Made by a program: the position numbers and the translations under genes
Assembly (NCBI GenBank): GCA_949284575.1
Contig: CASDWO010000061.1
Location: 16,924 to 80,923, forward strand
From: an uncultured bacterium
Lineage (GTDB): Bacteria; Bacillota_I; Bacilli_A; RF39; UBA660
Length of the DNA: 64,000 nt
Direction of reading: 5' to 3'
Notes under the pieces: generated by a model
Seen by the model: only the letters and a program-made list of their open reading frames with translations
The model's database searches: none
What the model was told of the DNA's origin: nothing
Shown here: positions 62,865 through 64,000 of the stretch, in pieces
How positions within the stretch are numbered: the first letter of the stretch is position 1
Layout of the letters: every line of letters begins with the position of its first letter

Positions 62865-63392
62865 ATGAAAAAAATATGTGTTTTAATAATTGTTATTTTT
62901 ATAATAACTATTATTGGTATTAGTGCTATTTTACTTTTGTCAAAGCCTGATAAAAATAGTGAACGAATTAATTCTACACTTTATCAAAGATTTCAAGAAT
63001 CTACTTATAGTTTTACTGGCAAAAGTGATAATTTTGAATTCAGGATTGGAAGAGCTTATCTTTCTAATAATGAAAATAGGATTTATTTAGATGATTTTAG
63101 ACAAACAAAGGAAATAGATGGTATTGAGTCTTTATATCTTCACATTTACTTTAATAATGAACTAAGTAGTACTTATCTTAATACTGATAAGTTAAATAAT
63201 TTAAATAAAACTTTTGATAGTCTTTCTTTCTATGAAGGTAAAATATGTCCTAATAACAATGGAGAATGTCTCTATAGTCCTTTTGAAAATGCTACTAAAG
63301 ATAATTTTAAAGATGGTATTAAAGTGGTGATAGAATATTGTTTAGATAATAAAACTTGTAAAGATGAAGTATTTAAATTAAATTATGAATAA
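62865..63392 (+). CDS. hypothetical secreted or membrane-anchored protein (N-terminal TM/signal, 4 Cys)
   Basis: N-terminus MKKICVLIIVIFIITIIGISAILLL. RBS AAAGGAGTA. Confidence 0.55.
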   Translation: MKKICVLIIVIFIITIIGISAILLLSKPDKNSERINSTLYQRFQESTYSFTGKSDNFEFRIGRAYLSNNENRIYLDDFRQTKEIDGIESLYLHIYFNNELSSTYLNTDKLNNLNKTFDSLSFYEGKICPNNNGECLYSPFENATKDNFKDGIKVVIEYCLDNKTCKDEVFKLNYE

Positions 63393-63424
63393 AGAACTCT
63401 AGCTAAAAACTAAAATTCTTTTAT

Positions 63425-63718
63425 TTACATACCTATTAAATCAAAATTAAGAGGATCTTCTTTAAGTAATTCAATAATATTAGTATTAGAATATTTTTCT
63501 ATTCTCATCTTGATGGAATTAACATCATCATAAAATAAATTAGGTTTAGTTATAATAATATCTTTTATATTAGTAAGTCCTATTGAAAAAAAATAATTTA
63601 ATATAGATGATATCCTTTCTTCATTCATTTCTATTTCTAATCTATCTTCTTCATTTATAGAGTTAGTAATATCTTTTATATCTTCATTAGTTAAATTATA
63701 TTTTATTAGATAGTCCAT
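63425..63718 (-). CDS. hypothetical protein (~97 aa)
   Basis: Likely start at MDYLIKYNL (ATG 63718) with RBS AAGGAAGAGGTGA. Overlaps the end of the upstream partial ORF by about 23 nt. Confidence 0.45.
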   Translation of the reverse strand: MDYLIKYNLTNEDIKDITNSINEEDRLEIEMNEERISSILNYFFSIGLTNIKDIIITKPNLFYDDVNSIKMRIEKYSNTNIIELLKEDPLNFDLIGM

Positions 63719-64000
63719 TAATATACTCACCTCTTCCTTTAACTGCTATTTTAAGCATATTAAATGTTTTCTCATCAAGATACATTCCTCTAGTAACTGA
63801 ATATAGTAGAGCATTATCATCACTAATGCCTTTTTCTTTTAAAGAACTATAGCATCTTAGTACTTTTAACCTGGAAATTATCTCATTACCTATTTTATAT
63901 TGATATGGATTGTTATCAACTCTATACTGCTCTTCTAATACTCTTATTTTTTCATCTGTTAAAATAGCATCTTGATAAGTAATAGGATTTTCTTTTGTAA
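63696..64000 (-). CDS. partial CDS (N-terminus outside window), hypothetical
   Basis: Open minus-strand frame from the window edge to a TAA at 63696-63698 (...MLKIAVKGRGEYINGLSNKI*). Confidence 0.4.
   Translation of the reverse strand, partial: TKENPITYQDAILTDEKIRVLEEQYRVDNNPYQYKIGNEIISRLKVLRCYSSLKEKGISDDNALLYSVTRGMYLDEKTFNMLKIAVKGRGEYINGLSNKI

Overview
This window is an AT-rich (~27-28% GC) chromosome segment from a low-GC Gram-positive bacterium using the standard genetic code. Long proteins such as RpoB, RpoC, LeuS and UvrB are intact with no in-frame TGA. A Spo0A ortholog, a Cse60-like small protein, a T-box leader and three FemAB paralogs point to a spore-forming Firmicute lineage (Clostridia/Erysipelotrichia-like) with peptidoglycan cross-bridges. 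Almost everything is housekeeping and lies on the minus strand, which is probably the leading strand.

Gene order by region:
- 0-2 kb: a partial SepF-like gene, a lipoprotein and trmB.
- 2.3-9.6 kb: a cell-wall cluster with three FemAB aminoacyltransferases, a MOP-family flippase, an LD-carboxypeptidase and a nucleotidyltransferase-fold protein.
- 9.6-10.2 kb: a small structured transcription unit with a 32-aa peptide, convergent with an unlisted Cse60-like gene.
- 10.3-13.3 kb: leuS behind a T-box leader and a small membrane-protein ORF.
- 14.9-29.0 kb: the contiguous alpha-spc-S10 ribosomal cluster (rplQ-rpoA-rpsK-rpsM-rpmJ-infA-map-adk-secY-rplO-rpsE-rplR-rplF-rpsH-rpsZ-rplE-rplX-rplN-rpsQ-rpmC-rplP-rpsC-rplV-rpsS-rplB-rplW-rplD-rplC-rpsJ), which lacks rpmD (L30).
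- 29.2-33.2 kb: an accessory island with a Doc/Fic-like protein whose catalytic His is replaced by Gln, a PHP phosphoesterase, a UmuC-like Y-family polymerase, a zinc-ribbon membrane protein and an XRE regulator.
- 33.2-44.9 kb: a glycolytic cluster (gap-pgk-tpiA-gpmI) interrupted by a GT4 glycosyltransferase, a decayed paralog pair, spo0A with a 0A box, a beta-helix protein, an AAA ATPase and an HExxH protein whose gene is translationally coupled to gpmI.
- 44.9-58.6 kb: rpoC-rpoB-ybxB-[two inserted genes]-rplL-rplJ-rplA-rplK-nusG-secE.
- 58.7-62.7 kb: a radical-SAM three-gene cluster and uvrB.

No CRISPR array, rRNA, tRNA or obvious prophage/IS element was seen. A palindrome TTCCACA-N5-6-TGTGGAA recurs at least six times.
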